From positions 32,007 through 96,006 of the forward strand of contig JBCCCG010000015.1 of NCBI GenBank assembly GCA_039033595.1: a DNA stretch of 64,000 bases, written 5' to 3'. The position numbers and the translations under genes were made by a program. How positions within the stretch are numbered: the stretch's first letter is position 1; the number at the start of each line of letters is the position of its first letter. The DNA comes from Planctomycetota bacterium (GTDB lineage Bacteria > Planctomycetota > Phycisphaerae > Phycisphaerales > Phycisphaeraceae). Positions 46,302-57,000 of this stretch are shown here, piece after piece. A model generated the notes under the pieces. The model did no database searches, was not told the DNA's origin, and was given only the letters and a program-made list of their open reading frames with translations.

Positions 46302-46802
46302 TTATGCGAGCAGATCAGCCATCGGATTTCTTTCGCCTCGAAGGTAAACACCAGACAACCCGGTACGACACCACGAGTCATACCAGCCGGGTTCGCCATC
46401 AGCGATCCATGGCTCTTGACGAGGCAATCCAAATGTTTCACGCAGCCAGTTCCGCTCATAGCTGATCAGCGTCCGAAACGCGGAAGCATCAATAGCACAC
46501 CGGCACGCCGCCCATACCATTTCGAGAGCGATATAAACCGCGTGGTTTAAAATCATGTCTTGCCAGATTCGCCACTTGCCCGACAAGTCGGACATAATCC
46601 AGTGGAGACTGAGCGTGTGATTCACCAAGCGACATTCAAATTCATCCGCTAAACCCACAATCTCGTTAAAGAACTCTTGCCCCGGATGATCTCCGCATGC
46701 CGAAGCAGATGATGCGGTTTGCCGCAGGTGGCAGATGACAAGCCGAACCCGACTTTCGTCTAAGTGATAGCGCATCGTTTCAATCCGAAGTAGAACGCTC
46801 AC
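46302..46802 (-). CDS. hypothetical protein in a low-GC islet (weak call)
   Basis: It is the longest ORF in the region. GTG 46802 overlaps the apgM stop (GTGA). No family was recognised. Local GC is about 50%. Confidence 0.35.
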   Translation of the reverse strand: MSVLLRIETMRYHLDESRVRLVICHLRQTASSASACGDHPGQEFFNEIVGLADEFECRLVNHTLSLHWIMSDLSGKWRIWQDMILNHAVYIALEMVWAACRCAIDASAFRTLISYERNWLRETFGLPRQEPWIADGEPGWYDSWCRTGLSGVYLRGERNPMADLLA

Positions 46803-48031
46803 CCCAACCCGCTCCGCAGGAAGTATTCCATCAACTCATGCCCGTGGGCGATGTGGAGGTCGCTGGCGTGGGCGTGGGCTTCGCTGAACGGGCGTTTGAG
46901 TACCGTGTTGACCTTGTGGCCGGCCATGAGAAACGGCACGGGCGTCGGGTCGTGCTTGCGGGTGTTGACCAGGGTGTAGTGGTCGGGCAGCACGAGCATG
47001 CGCCAAGGTTCGCCTAGTTCGGCTTCGCGCTGGGCCAACGCTTCGTGGATCGGGCCGACGACCAAGTCGTCGATCGCGGCGACGGAGGCGACCTTGGTGG
47101 CGGGGTCGGCGGCGTGGGCGGCTTCGTCGGGGGCCTCGACGTGGACGCAGACGACGTCGTAGTCGTCGAGTGCTTTGATGCCGTACTGCCCGGTGGCGGC
47201 GTAGTCGTTGTCGTGATACGAGGTCTGGCCGGGCACGTCGAGGCGGTCCCATCCGATGAAGGCGCTGATCCCCGCGAGCAGGTCCACGGCCGTGATCATC
47301 GCCCCCCGGAATCCGAAGCGCTCCTCGAACGACGGCATCACCGGGCGTTGCCCCTGACCCCACGGCCAGAAGTGCGTCGCGGGCAACTCGCCTATCTCGG
47401 TCCGCGTCAGGTTGATCTCGTGCTCGGCGAGGAACACCTCGCTCTCGGCGATGAACTGTTCGAGCAGCTTTGCGTGTGGCCCGCCGACGGGCAGGTGCTT
47501 GCGGATCGGCTCGCCCGGGATGTCGTGCGGCGGGGTCGTGACCAATTCCGACCAGTCCCGATCATCTCCCTCGTCCCGGGAGCGGTCGACCAGGATGTTG
47601 CGGTAGCTCACTCCCGGGTACAGCGACACGCCGTCGAGGTGTACCCGTTCGGCGAACTCTCCGAGCAGCCGTCGGCTCTCGGTGGACGAGATATGCCCGG
47701 CCGAATGGTCTTGCATCTTGCCGTCGATCACCGTTACCAGGTTCACCCGGAAGATCCAGTCCTCGGGCGACATGTCGATGCCCAGCGCCGCGGCCTCGAG
47801 CGGGGCGCGGCCTTTGTGATACTTCCGCGGGTCGTAGCCCAGCAGCGACATCGTGCACACGTCCGAGCCGCAGGGCATGTCGGCGGGCGTGGTCGCCGCG
47901 GTGCCCTGCCGACCTACCTCGGCCAGGGCGTCGAGGTTGGGCGTGTCGGCGGCCTCGAACGGCGTCTGGTCGCCCAACTCGGCGAGGGGTTGGTCGGCGG
48001 CGCCGTCGGGGATGATGATGACGTATTTCAT
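46799..48031 (-). CDS. apgM: cofactor-independent phosphoglycerate mutase, archaeal-type (ApgM / proposed homoserine kinase clade)
   Basis: It has MKYVIIIPDGAADQP...TPNLDALA...GSDVCTMSLLGYDP...HVEAPDEAAHA (metalloenzyme superfamily motifs). Confidence 0.85.
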   Translation of the reverse strand: MKYVIIIPDGAADQPLAELGDQTPFEAADTPNLDALAEVGRQGTAATTPADMPCGSDVCTMSLLGYDPRKYHKGRAPLEAAALGIDMSPEDWIFRVNLVTVIDGKMQDHSAGHISSTESRRLLGEFAERVHLDGVSLYPGVSYRNILVDRSRDEGDDRDWSELVTTPPHDIPGEPIRKHLPVGGPHAKLLEQFIAESEVFLAEHEINLTRTEIGELPATHFWPWGQGQRPVMPSFEERFGFRGAMITAVDLLAGISAFIGWDRLDVPGQTSYHDNDYAATGQYGIKALDDYDVVCVHVEAPDEAAHAADPATKVASVAAIDDLVVGPIHEALAQREAELGEPWRMLVLPDHYTLVNTRKHDPTPVPFLMAGHKVNTVLKRPFSEAHAHASDLHIAHGHELMEYFLRSGLG

Positions 48032-48188
48032 GCTGGGGCTGGGCGGTCGGCAACGGGGTTTAGGCAGCGGAGCAACTCAAAGATAGCTTATCAACCCGGT
48101 CAAACCGTGATGCCTCGCCACGCGCTTCGTAGATTTCACAGACGGACCGATCCGGCTTCGTTCCATTGCCTATACCCGCTGCCCACCT

Positions 48189-49154
48189 TCACAGCTTCAC
48201 CGGCACGCCCTCGGCCTTCCACTTCTCCAACAACAGCTTCAACTCGTCGGCCGCCTGACCGATCCGCTTCGCCGCGTCGTCGAGATTGTCGTAAAGGGCC
48301 GGATCGTCGACCAGTTTGCCCACGGTGCCGCGGGGCTTGCGGGCGTCGACGAGCAGCTTGTTCATCTGCTCGACCACGAGCGACACGTCGTCGGCCAGCG
48401 CGACGTAGCGCGATTCGAGCGCGCCCATTGTCTCGGCGAGATTTTCGCTGGCCTTGCGGGCGTTCGACGCGGTGGCGGTGACGTCCTTGCGCAGCGTCTC
48501 GTCGTTCACAAACGCGTCAACCCCCGCGAGGATTTCCTTGAACTCGATCAGCCGGAGATCGACGCGGGCCACCGCGGTGGTGAGGTTGCCGGAGACTTCG
48601 CCGGCCTCGACGGCGGCGAGGTCCTGCGTCTCGAGCATGGCGTTGACTTTCTGACCGACGCCTTGCCACTCGGTGCTGAGCGCATCGAAGCTGTTGGACA
48701 TGCGTTCGATCTGGCCGAATACACCGGCGAGCGGGCTGAGCCGACCCTGCACCACGGCGCTGCCGTCGGTGGTGAGAAACGATTTCGGCGGGCCGTTGCT
48801 CAGGTCTTTCACGGCGAACTTGATCGTCGGGCTGCCGCCGAGCAGGGGTTTTTCGACCTGCGGTTCGGCCTCGGTGGGGACCTGTACACCCTCACGGATA
48901 CGCACCCGCACCGTCACGCCGCTGCCGAAGGGCTGCTTGAAGTCGATGTTTTCGACCTTACCGATGTCGATGCCCGTGAGTTCGACGCGGCTGCCGTTGT
49001 TGAGGCTCGACGCGTCGGGGAGTTCGATGGTCACGAAATAACCCGACTGCACAAACCGGGGCACGTAGCCGAAGAGCAGCAGCAGGAACGCGAGGCCGAC
49101 GAGCCCGGCGAGCGTGACGAACCCGACGACGATGTTGCGGTTGCGTTCGGTCAT
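48189..49154 (-). CDS. MlaD/MCE-domain protein
   Basis: It has an N-terminal TM helix (IVVGFVTLAGLVGLAFLLLLF) followed by the MCE fold pattern YFVTIELPDASSLNNGSRVELTGIDIGKVENI and a helical C-terminus. Confidence 0.85.
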   Translation of the reverse strand: MTERNRNIVVGFVTLAGLVGLAFLLLLFGYVPRFVQSGYFVTIELPDASSLNNGSRVELTGIDIGKVENIDFKQPFGSGVTVRVRIREGVQVPTEAEPQVEKPLLGGSPTIKFAVKDLSNGPPKSFLTTDGSAVVQGRLSPLAGVFGQIERMSNSFDALSTEWQGVGQKVNAMLETQDLAAVEAGEVSGNLTTAVARVDLRLIEFKEILAGVDAFVNDETLRKDVTATASNARKASENLAETMGALESRYVALADDVSLVVEQMNKLLVDARKPRGTVGKLVDDPALYDNLDDAAKRIGQAADELKLLLEKWKAEGVPVKL

Positions 49155-49188
49155 GTTGGTGTTCCGGGAGGGACGCGGCCCCGGCGTG

Positions 49189-50121
49189 TCAGTCCAGGGG
49201 CGGGGCCGGGGGTTGGTCGGGCGGGGGCGCCTGGGCCGAGGCGGCTTCGTCGTAGGCCCGGGTGACGTGCTGTTGGGCGAAGCCGATGCGGATCAACTCG
49301 AGGTCGCCCTGGTCGGCCTGGCCGCGGATGAACCGCTGCACGAGCTCGTTGCGGCTCTGGCGGAAAACCTGCGGCTCGGCGTCGGCGGCGACGCGGCCAT
49401 CGTAAAGAAGCACCATGCGATCGGCAATCTTATTGGCGCTGGTCATGTCGTGCGTCACCACGATGCTGGTCATGCCCAGCTCCTTGGTCAACGCCAAGAT
49501 CAGCTCATTGATCACGTCCGACCGGATCGGGTCCAGCCCGGTCGTCGGCTCGTCGTACAGCATGATCTCGGGCTCGAGCGCCACCGCCCGCGCCAACGCC
49601 GCACGCTTGCGCTGCCCGCCGGAGAGGTCGGCGGGCATCTTGTTCTCCGTCCTCGCCAGGCCCACCATCTTGAGCAAACGATCGACCTTCTCGGCCCTCT
49701 CTTTTTTGTTCAGGTCGGTGTGCTCGACGAGGGGAAACGCGACGTTCTCGCCGACGGTCATCGAGTCGAACATCGCGCCCATTTGGAAGAGAAACCCGAT
49801 GCGTTTGCGCAGCGGCACGAGCTGGCTTTCCTTGAGCGTGTCGACACGCTGGTCGTGGAACCATACCTCCCCGGCGTCGGGCTGCAGCAGGCCGACGATG
49901 TGCTTGAGCGTGACGCTCTTGCCGGTGCCCGACGGGCCGAGCAATACCGTGGTCTGCCCGGGGTAGATCTCCAGGTCCAGGCCGTTGAGCACCGTCATCG
50001 GGCCAAAGCGTTTATGCACGCCGAGTAAGCGGATCACCGGCTCGCCGTCGGGGGCGTGTGGCGCAGAGCCTCCTTGGTCCTCCGGGTTGCCGTTCGTGGA
50101 TTGCCCCTTGACCTGCGACAC
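49189..50121 (-). CDS. ABC transporter ATP-binding protein (MlaF-like)
   Basis: It has Walker A GPSGTGKS, the signature LSGGQRKRAALARA and Walker B IMLYDEPTTGLD. GTG start. Confidence 0.9.
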   Translation of the reverse strand: MSQVKGQSTNGNPEDQGGSAPHAPDGEPVIRLLGVHKRFGPMTVLNGLDLEIYPGQTTVLLGPSGTGKSVTLKHIVGLLQPDAGEVWFHDQRVDTLKESQLVPLRKRIGFLFQMGAMFDSMTVGENVAFPLVEHTDLNKKERAEKVDRLLKMVGLARTENKMPADLSGGQRKRAALARAVALEPEIMLYDEPTTGLDPIRSDVINELILALTKELGMTSIVVTHDMTSANKIADRMVLLYDGRVAADAEPQVFRQSRNELVQRFIRGQADQGDLELIRIGFAQQHVTRAYDEAASAQAPPPDQPPAPPLD

Positions 50122-50181
50122 GCCCGTTGCCTCCCTGAAAGCAAACCCGTGACTTCATCTCGTCGCTTCCCCAGCACGCCG

Positions 50182-51294
50182 TCAGTCGCCGGCGAAGAAA
50201 TCGCGAACCGCGCCCACGACCTCGTCCTGCTCGGCCCGCGTCATCTCGGGGAACATCGGCAGGGCCAACAGCTCCCGCGACGCCTTCTCGGCGACGGGCA
50301 AGCTGCCCTCGGGATAGTTTAGCCCGGCGAAACAATTCAAGCGGTGTAACGGCTTGGGGTAGTACACCCGACTGCCGATCCCGCACGCCTCGAGGTGGTG
50401 CCGCAGCGGCTCCCGCCCCTCGCCCCGGACCCGGATGACGTATTGGTTGAACACGTGCTCACGTTCCTCGGCCTCGAACGGCGTGGTCAACGCCAACGGC
50501 TCGAGCAGCTTGTGGTACCGCGCCGCCAGGTCGCGCCGCTTCGCGGTCCACTTATCAAGGTACGGCAGCTTCACCGACAGCAGCGCCGCTTGCAGCCCGT
50601 CGAGGCGGAACGCCCCCCCGAGCTGATTGACCACGAAGCCCGGCTCGATGCCGTGCACGCGCATCGTTTTGAGCCGCGCCGCCAAGTCGTCGTCGTTTGT
50701 CAGACACGCCCCGGCGTCGCCCAATGCCGCCAGGTTCTTGGTGGGGTAGAAACTCATCGTCGCTACGTGGCCCATCGAGCCGACGGGCCGGCCCTCGAAC
50801 TTCGCCCCGATCGCCATGTCGGTGTCTTCGAGGACTTTAATGCCGTGCTCGTCGGCCAAAGCGTTGATCGGCCCCATGTTCGCGGGCAGACCGAACAGGT
50901 GCGTCGGCAGGATCGCTTTGGTCTTGTCGGTAATCCGCCCGGGCAACTGATCGATGTCGAGGTTGTACGTCCGCGGGTCGATGTCGGCGAACACCGGGGT
51001 CGCGCCCAGCCGCACGATCGACTCGGCCAGATGCAGGTACGCCAGCGGGGTAGTGATGACCTCGTCTCCCTCGCCGATGCCCAGCGCCATGAGTGCGAGC
51101 AGGATCGCGTCGTTGCCGCTGGAAACGCCCACGGCGTGCTTCACGCCGCACAGCTCGGCGATCTGCTTCTCGAACTCCCGGACGTACGGCCCCAGGATCA
51201 GCTGGCCCGAGGCGGCGACCTCGACAAACGTTTCGCGGAGCTGCGGCATCAACGCCTGGTGTTGCCGGGTCAGGTCGGTCAGGGGTACGGGCAT
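50182..51294 (-). CDS. DegT/DnrJ/EryC1/StrS-family PLP aminotransferase
   Basis: It has LTRQHQALMPQL...GPYVREFEKQIAELCG.KHAVGVSSGNDAILLAL and SFYPTKNL (PLP Lys). Confidence 0.9.
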   Translation of the reverse strand: MPVPLTDLTRQHQALMPQLRETFVEVAASGQLILGPYVREFEKQIAELCGVKHAVGVSSGNDAILLALMALGIGEGDEVITTPLAYLHLAESIVRLGATPVFADIDPRTYNLDIDQLPGRITDKTKAILPTHLFGLPANMGPINALADEHGIKVLEDTDMAIGAKFEGRPVGSMGHVATMSFYPTKNLAALGDAGACLTNDDDLAARLKTMRVHGIEPGFVVNQLGGAFRLDGLQAALLSVKLPYLDKWTAKRRDLAARYHKLLEPLALTTPFEAEEREHVFNQYVIRVRGEGREPLRHHLEACGIGSRVYYPKPLHRLNCFAGLNYPEGSLPVAEKASRELLALPMFPEMTRAEQDEVVGAVRDFFAGD

Positions 51295-51571
51295 TGGCTT
51301 TTCCGAAACGAGGTGGCGGGCCGCCCTGTGTCTGGGCGTCCGCGAGAAACGGGGTGAGTGATCCCGTCCGTGGAACCCTCACGCCCCAAAGCATAAACCC
51401 CCGGCCCGTAACAAGAAAGCGCCGCCCAACCTTGACAAAGTTGTAGCCGCGGCCGAGGCTTAGGCATGGTTTTCCGGAACGCCGCTTCGTCGGCAGCGTC
51501 TGTCTCCGGGCGGCGGTTCCGGCCCACGTTTTTTCGAGACACTCCGGAAGCCGACACAGGCGACTCGACCC

Positions 51572-52651
51572 ATGGCCGAACCCACGATTCAATGCCCGAA
51601 CTGCGGCAAGGCGTATCGCTGGCAGACCAAGATCGCCGGGCGGAACGTGCGCTGCGTCTGTCAGCACAAGTTCCGCGTGCCGATGACGCCGGGCGGGGTC
51701 GTTGAATCTGACCTGAACGCCTCGGCGTCGAAAGCCTCGCCCGCTTCGACGATGCCCAAACCCGTGCCACCCGCCAAGGAACCCGACCCCTACGAGTTGG
51801 ACCTGCCCGACGACGACGCGTCCGCGGCGCCCCCCCAACGGCAGACATCCGGCCTATCCGGCCGCGGCGCGGATCCCACCAAGTGCCCCTCCTGCAACTC
51901 CCCGCTGCGCCCCGGCGCGGTGATCTGCCTCAACTGCGGGTTCAACGTCGCCGAGGGGTCGAAGATCCAGACGGTGGTCGCCGCCGCGCCCGACGACGAT
52001 GACACCGAGACACCGACACGCGGCGGTGCGGCGGCCGCGGCCGCCGGCACCGAGGCCGCTTTGCAACAGGACCGCGTCAACCGCGCACTGTCGCGCTCGA
52101 AGCTGGAAGACGACCTGGCCGCCGACATGGCCCAGCGGCACCACGTCCAAGAGAACATCCTGCCTCTGATCTTCCTGGGCTGCGGCTTGGTGCTGCTGCT
52201 GATCAACGCCTTCGTGCTGGTGCCGATGCAGGACGGGATCTACGACGTGCCGTTCGGGCTGAGCCTGAGCATCGGGGCGGTGATCGTTTATATCATCCTG
52301 TTCGCGATCCAGATGCCGTGCCTGTTTGCCGGGATCCTGATCATCTCCAAGCTATTCGGCTCGGCGTTCGGCGAGCTCTTCACCGCGCTGAAAAAACTCG
52401 CGGCGCTGGCGCTGCTCGGCGGGCAGTTCGACGCGATGGTAGAGCTCGGCTTCGACATCATGCTCGAGGGCCTGGGCTTCCTGGCGTTCTGGGTCAAGCT
52501 GAGCCTGTCGTTCGCCGTGTTCTGGGCCTTGGCGAAGCAACTGTTCGACGAACTCGAACCGATCGAAACGGTCGTGCTGTGGCTGGCGATGCTGTTCTTG
52601 CCCGGGTTTATCCTGGGCGGCGTTCTGCTGTTTTTGCTGGGCTCGTTGTGA
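51572..52651 (+). CDS. zinc-ribbon membrane protein (hypothetical)
   Basis: It has two CxxC...CxC/CxxC ribbons (CPNCGKAY..CVC and CPSCNS..CLNCG), a low-complexity linker and 4-5 C-terminal TM helices. Confidence 0.6.
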   Translation: MAEPTIQCPNCGKAYRWQTKIAGRNVRCVCQHKFRVPMTPGGVVESDLNASASKASPASTMPKPVPPAKEPDPYELDLPDDDASAAPPQRQTSGLSGRGADPTKCPSCNSPLRPGAVICLNCGFNVAEGSKIQTVVAAAPDDDDTETPTRGGAAAAAAGTEAALQQDRVNRALSRSKLEDDLAADMAQRHHVQENILPLIFLGCGLVLLLINAFVLVPMQDGIYDVPFGLSLSIGAVIVYIILFAIQMPCLFAGILIISKLFGSAFGELFTALKKLAALALLGGQFDAMVELGFDIMLEGLGFLAFWVKLSLSFAVFWALAKQLFDELEPIETVVLWLAMLFLPGFILGGVLLFLLGSL

Positions 52652-52725
52652 GGCGTGCGCCCCAGGAACGGTCGGCCCTCCGCGCTGCCCTTGGATAAGC
52701 GGGGTATCGGTTCCGGCAGGCGGCT

Positions 52726-53934
52726 TTATCCGCCCTCGCTGGCGCGTTTCACTTCCGCCCCGCCGAGACGATCAACGGCTTCTCGCAGCAACCCGGGGAT
52801 CTGATCGGCGAACGGGGAGCCCTTCACCGCGGCCATGATCTCGTGGTCGGGTACCTGATCAAACTCGGCCGATTTGGCCCCGGGGAACCAGTGCCCGGCG
52901 TTGCCAAAGAGGTTAAACCGCATCTTGCCGTAGTCGTCCATGTCCCAACCGCGGGCGAGGTTGTGCAGCCAGAGCATAAGCGGGAAGTTGTGGCCGCCGG
53001 GGCAGCCGTAGTGCTCGGGCACACCGTCCCAGCTCATGTCTTCGGGGTGGTCGACGCCGGTGGCCTCACGCATCGCCGCGGCGAGCTTCGCCTCGATCGG
53101 CGGAACCAGGTCACCGGCCTGCTCCAGTTTGCTCACGGCGCTGACGTGGAGGTCGTAGTCGCTCGGCTTGGCTGCGCCCAAGCTCAGCGTGTGGATCTCG
53201 GGGTGCCGAAGACACCACAGGTCGTTGAACTCGATGGGCGTAAGCGGCGCACAGAGTCGTGTGAGCTTCTCCGGAGGCTCGTAGAGCTTGCCGCCCTTAT
53301 CGCTGGGGCTGATGATGAACACGCCCATGTCGCGGCGGGTCGCCTCGACGATGGCCGGCCAGTTGCGGCGGAAGATGTAGTAGTAGTGCAGGTTGACGTA
53401 GTCGAACCCGCCGTAGGCGTCACCGCCGGTGATCGCGCGGGTGATCTCGTCGACGCTGCCGTGGGTCGAGAAGCCGACGTGGCGAACCTTCCCCTGCTTC
53501 TGCAGTTCCCGCGAGGCCTGGAGGCAGCCACCCTTCTTGATCGCCCAGTCGATGGTTTCGCCGTTATTGAGGCCGTGGATCCCCAGCAGGTCCACGTAGT
53601 CGAGTTGCAGGCGTTCGAGAGATTCGTGGAAGTGGGCGACGAACTTGTCGGCGTCTTCTTCGGGGCCGACCTTGGTTTGCACGATCAATTTCTCCCGCGG
53701 CAGCGTCGGCAGGATCACGCCGAGCTGCCGTTCGCTGCACCCGTACCCGCGAGCGGTTTCGATGTGGTTGATGCCGACGTCCAGCGAATGAAGGATCGTG
53801 GCTTCAAGGTTTTTTTGGTTCTCCGGATCAACCTCCAACAGCGGCTTGTCCTTCCAGCCGTCCTGGTAACGCATCCCCCCGGTGGAGATGACGGGCATGC
53901 TGAGTTCGGTACGGCCGAAGCGTCGGGTTTGCAT
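52726..53934 (-). CDS. aldo/keto reductase with a C-terminal extension
   Basis: ATG 53934 gives MQTRRFGRTELSMPVISTGGMRY...GINHIETARGYGCSERQLG...VRHVGFSTHG (AKR motifs). Confidence 0.85.
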   Translation of the reverse strand: MQTRRFGRTELSMPVISTGGMRYQDGWKDKPLLEVDPENQKNLEATILHSLDVGINHIETARGYGCSERQLGVILPTLPREKLIVQTKVGPEEDADKFVAHFHESLERLQLDYVDLLGIHGLNNGETIDWAIKKGGCLQASRELQKQGKVRHVGFSTHGSVDEITRAITGGDAYGGFDYVNLHYYYIFRRNWPAIVEATRRDMGVFIISPSDKGGKLYEPPEKLTRLCAPLTPIEFNDLWCLRHPEIHTLSLGAAKPSDYDLHVSAVSKLEQAGDLVPPIEAKLAAAMREATGVDHPEDMSWDGVPEHYGCPGGHNFPLMLWLHNLARGWDMDDYGKMRFNLFGNAGHWFPGAKSAEFDQVPDHEIMAAVKGSPFADQIPGLLREAVDRLGGAEVKRASEGG

Positions 53935-54062
53935 ATAAATCAATGGGAGGTGGGATGGGGAGTGCGGGAATAGGAACAAACGCTCTGCGATTGCCGTTAT
54001 CTTAGCCCGGGACAATAGCCTGGAAGATCATTTCGCTTCACCTGCTGGCAGGCTTGACAAGT

Positions 54063-57000
54063 CTACTCCTGCCCTTCGGACTCGGCCCGCTCGCGTTCGC
54101 GTTTTTCTCGCGCCCGGCGGATTTCACGGTTCAGGAGATCGCCCAACAACCCGCCGATGGCCTGCTCGGGGGTGAGTTCTTCCTCGACCTCAGCGTCTTC
54201 GGGATTCGTCGTGTCGGTCTCGGCGTCAGAATCGCCGTCTTTCTCACGCAGTTTTTCACGCTGCCGTTGCGCCTCGTTCCTCAAGAAATCGCCGAGCAGC
54301 CCACCGAGGTCGCGGCTGCCGCCGTTGCTCGGGGGCACGCCCAGGAGACTCGTTGCCACGTTGGAGATGAAGGCATCGATCTGTACCGCCGGCTTAGTCA
54401 CCGAGCCGCCGATCGGCACGATTGTGCCCTCGAGTTTTTCCAGCCCTCTGCTCTTGGCGAACGCGGTGCCGCCCAGGGCCATGTCCATGTCCACGGTCTG
54501 CGTGGCCAGGTCGATCGTGCCGGAGAAGTCGAGTTCGACCTCGTCGATCGTGATGAGCATCCGCTCGTAGCCGATCTTGCCCTGCCGGATGTTCAGCGTC
54601 ACGGGCGACACGTTGGCTAGGCTCGACTTGTCTTGTGAGATCAGGCTGAAGCTCTCCAGTGACGGCAGGATCTTGTCCAACGGCGAGACGTTCGGACGGA
54701 TTGTCACCTCACCCATCAGCACCGACACGTCGGCGTTGAAGCCGTCCCAGTTGAAATCGCTCAGTGGCAGGCGGAACTCGTCGTTGTCGATCGTCAGCGT
54801 GATCGGCACCCGCGCCGACGCCACCGCGGGCAGCACTACCGGGTTGGCGAACCTCAGCAGCCGGCCCAGATCCGGGGTGACGTTCAGCGAGAACGTCGAG
54901 GGACTCTCAAGGATCAATACGCCTTCCGGGGTGAGGCGCCCCGGAAGCGAGCCGACCGTGCCGCTCTCGCTGCTCACGTCGAACGTCACCGGCCCGCCCG
55001 CGGCCAGGCTCAGGTCCTCGGCCGTCAGCTTCGCGGTCAGACGTTGACCAAACGCCGCCACGGCGTAGCCGCGCTGGCGCGAGAGCGCGTCGAACACCGA
55101 CGTCGGCAAACGCTGCAGCGACACGTCGGCGTTGACCACCGCTCGCTCGGCCTGCAACACGCCCGCGTCGTCCCAGAGGCCGTTGATCCGCAGATCGGCC
55201 GCCAACCGGCCCGCGGTATCGCCCGCCTCCGCCGCGTCGGTCTCAAACGACATCGTCGCCGTCATCGGCCCACTCAGGTCTTTCGCGTCCAGCGCGATCC
55301 GCCCGTTGCGTAATGGGAATCGGCGGTGGTACCACTCGTCCTCGAACTGTGTATCGGGCAAGGTGAGCTCGATCTCGGCTCGGCTGCGTCGCGGATCAAA
55401 GCCCGTGTCCGCCCCACCGCGGAGAGCAACTTGGACGTCGAGATCCATCGTCACCGTCGACGGCTCGGGCAGCGACAACCCGACCGACGGGCCGACCTCG
55501 GCCGCCTCGGCTACCGGTTGCAGCCACTGCTCGAGCGCCGCGGGCGTCAGCGTGAGCGCGATCCCCTCGGCCGACTTCAGCGACACCGTACCGTCGGCGG
55601 AATAGTCACCCGTCAGCGTCCCGGTCAGCCCCGGCGAATCGTCGTCGGCAGAAGCCTTGACGAAATCGGCCCGCAGCGTGTAACCACCCGCACCGTCGGC
55701 CCGGGCCTTTCCCGTCAGCATCAATGAATCGCCGAACGTCGCGCTGAGCCTTCGGCCTTGCTTCAACCAAGCCTCGACCACCGGCACCGGCAGCGACCGC
55801 ATCTGCACGTCTGCCTCGGCCGCTTCCCAACCCGAGTCGCCCCGCCGCAGGTCCGCTCCGGCCACGACTTTTCCCGCGGCCTCCCCAAACGCATCGACCT
55901 CCGCGGTGAACGCGAAGACATAACGCCGATCGGCCGCCGGGCTGGTCAAGTCCGCCAGCGCGTTGTCGATCCGTACCCGCCCGCGGTCCGCCACGTCCAG
56001 CACGATTGCATCGGTCTCCAAGAGCTCAAGCGCAACACCAAGCGTCGTCGATGCGAAGTCGAGCGCTTGCCCGTCCCGCGGCGCATTCAAGTCGTACAGA
56101 CTCAGCCCCAGCCGGAACGGCTCGGCCAGCGCCGCCGCGTCGTCACCGGCCAGGAACACCCACGACTCGGGGGTCACGAGCAGCGTCGCCGATGACTCCT
56201 CGGTCGCTACCAATCGGTCATCAATCACCGTCAAGCCCTGACGCGCATTGAGCTTCTCGCTGGTGACCGTCAGCAGGGCCGCACGGTCAGCAGTCTCCCA
56301 CTGCAAGCTGACCTGTGCATCGAGCGTCGGACCGATGAATGTTTGTAGCCTTCGTTCCCCGGCGGTCAGGCGGTCGAGCGCCGCCAGAGGCAGGTCTACG
56401 ATCTTGCCCTCGACGTCAAACTCAGCTTTGGCGAGTGTCAGTTTGCCTTGAGCGTCGAACAGGTTCTCGATCGTGCCCACCATCTTCGCCTGGCCGGCGT
56501 CCCCGTTCTGCGTGACGGTGGCGTCGAGGGTCACGCCGAGTTGCCCGGGGCCGTCCGCGGTGAGCGTCGCCTCGGGGATGACCAAGCTCACGTCGTCGAT
56601 CCCCGGCCCGGTCATGCTGACGTCCACGCCACGCAACGCGAACTGAAGACGAAGGTCGTCGGGGAGCGTGCCGCGCGGCGACCTTGTCCTGGGCTTCGGC
56701 GTCGTCCGAGGGGCGGGCTTTTCTGCCGGCGCTGTCGTCTCGGCCGGCCTGGGGGACTCGGCGGGCGGGGTGGGCGTCGGCGGAGTCGCAGAGTCGTCCT
56801 GAACGGCGGTCGTGTCGGGTTCGGGCCGCGGGAAAAGCGTGGTGCCCAGCGCCCGGTCGAGATTCACGCTGCCCGTGGCGTCGCGTTCGAGCGGGGCGTG
56901 GACACCCTCAATGAGCACAACACCGAAATCGTTAGAACCGCGGAGCAGCCCGACGAGCCCCACGTCGGCCAAATCGACGCGGTCGACCGTAGCGACGGTG

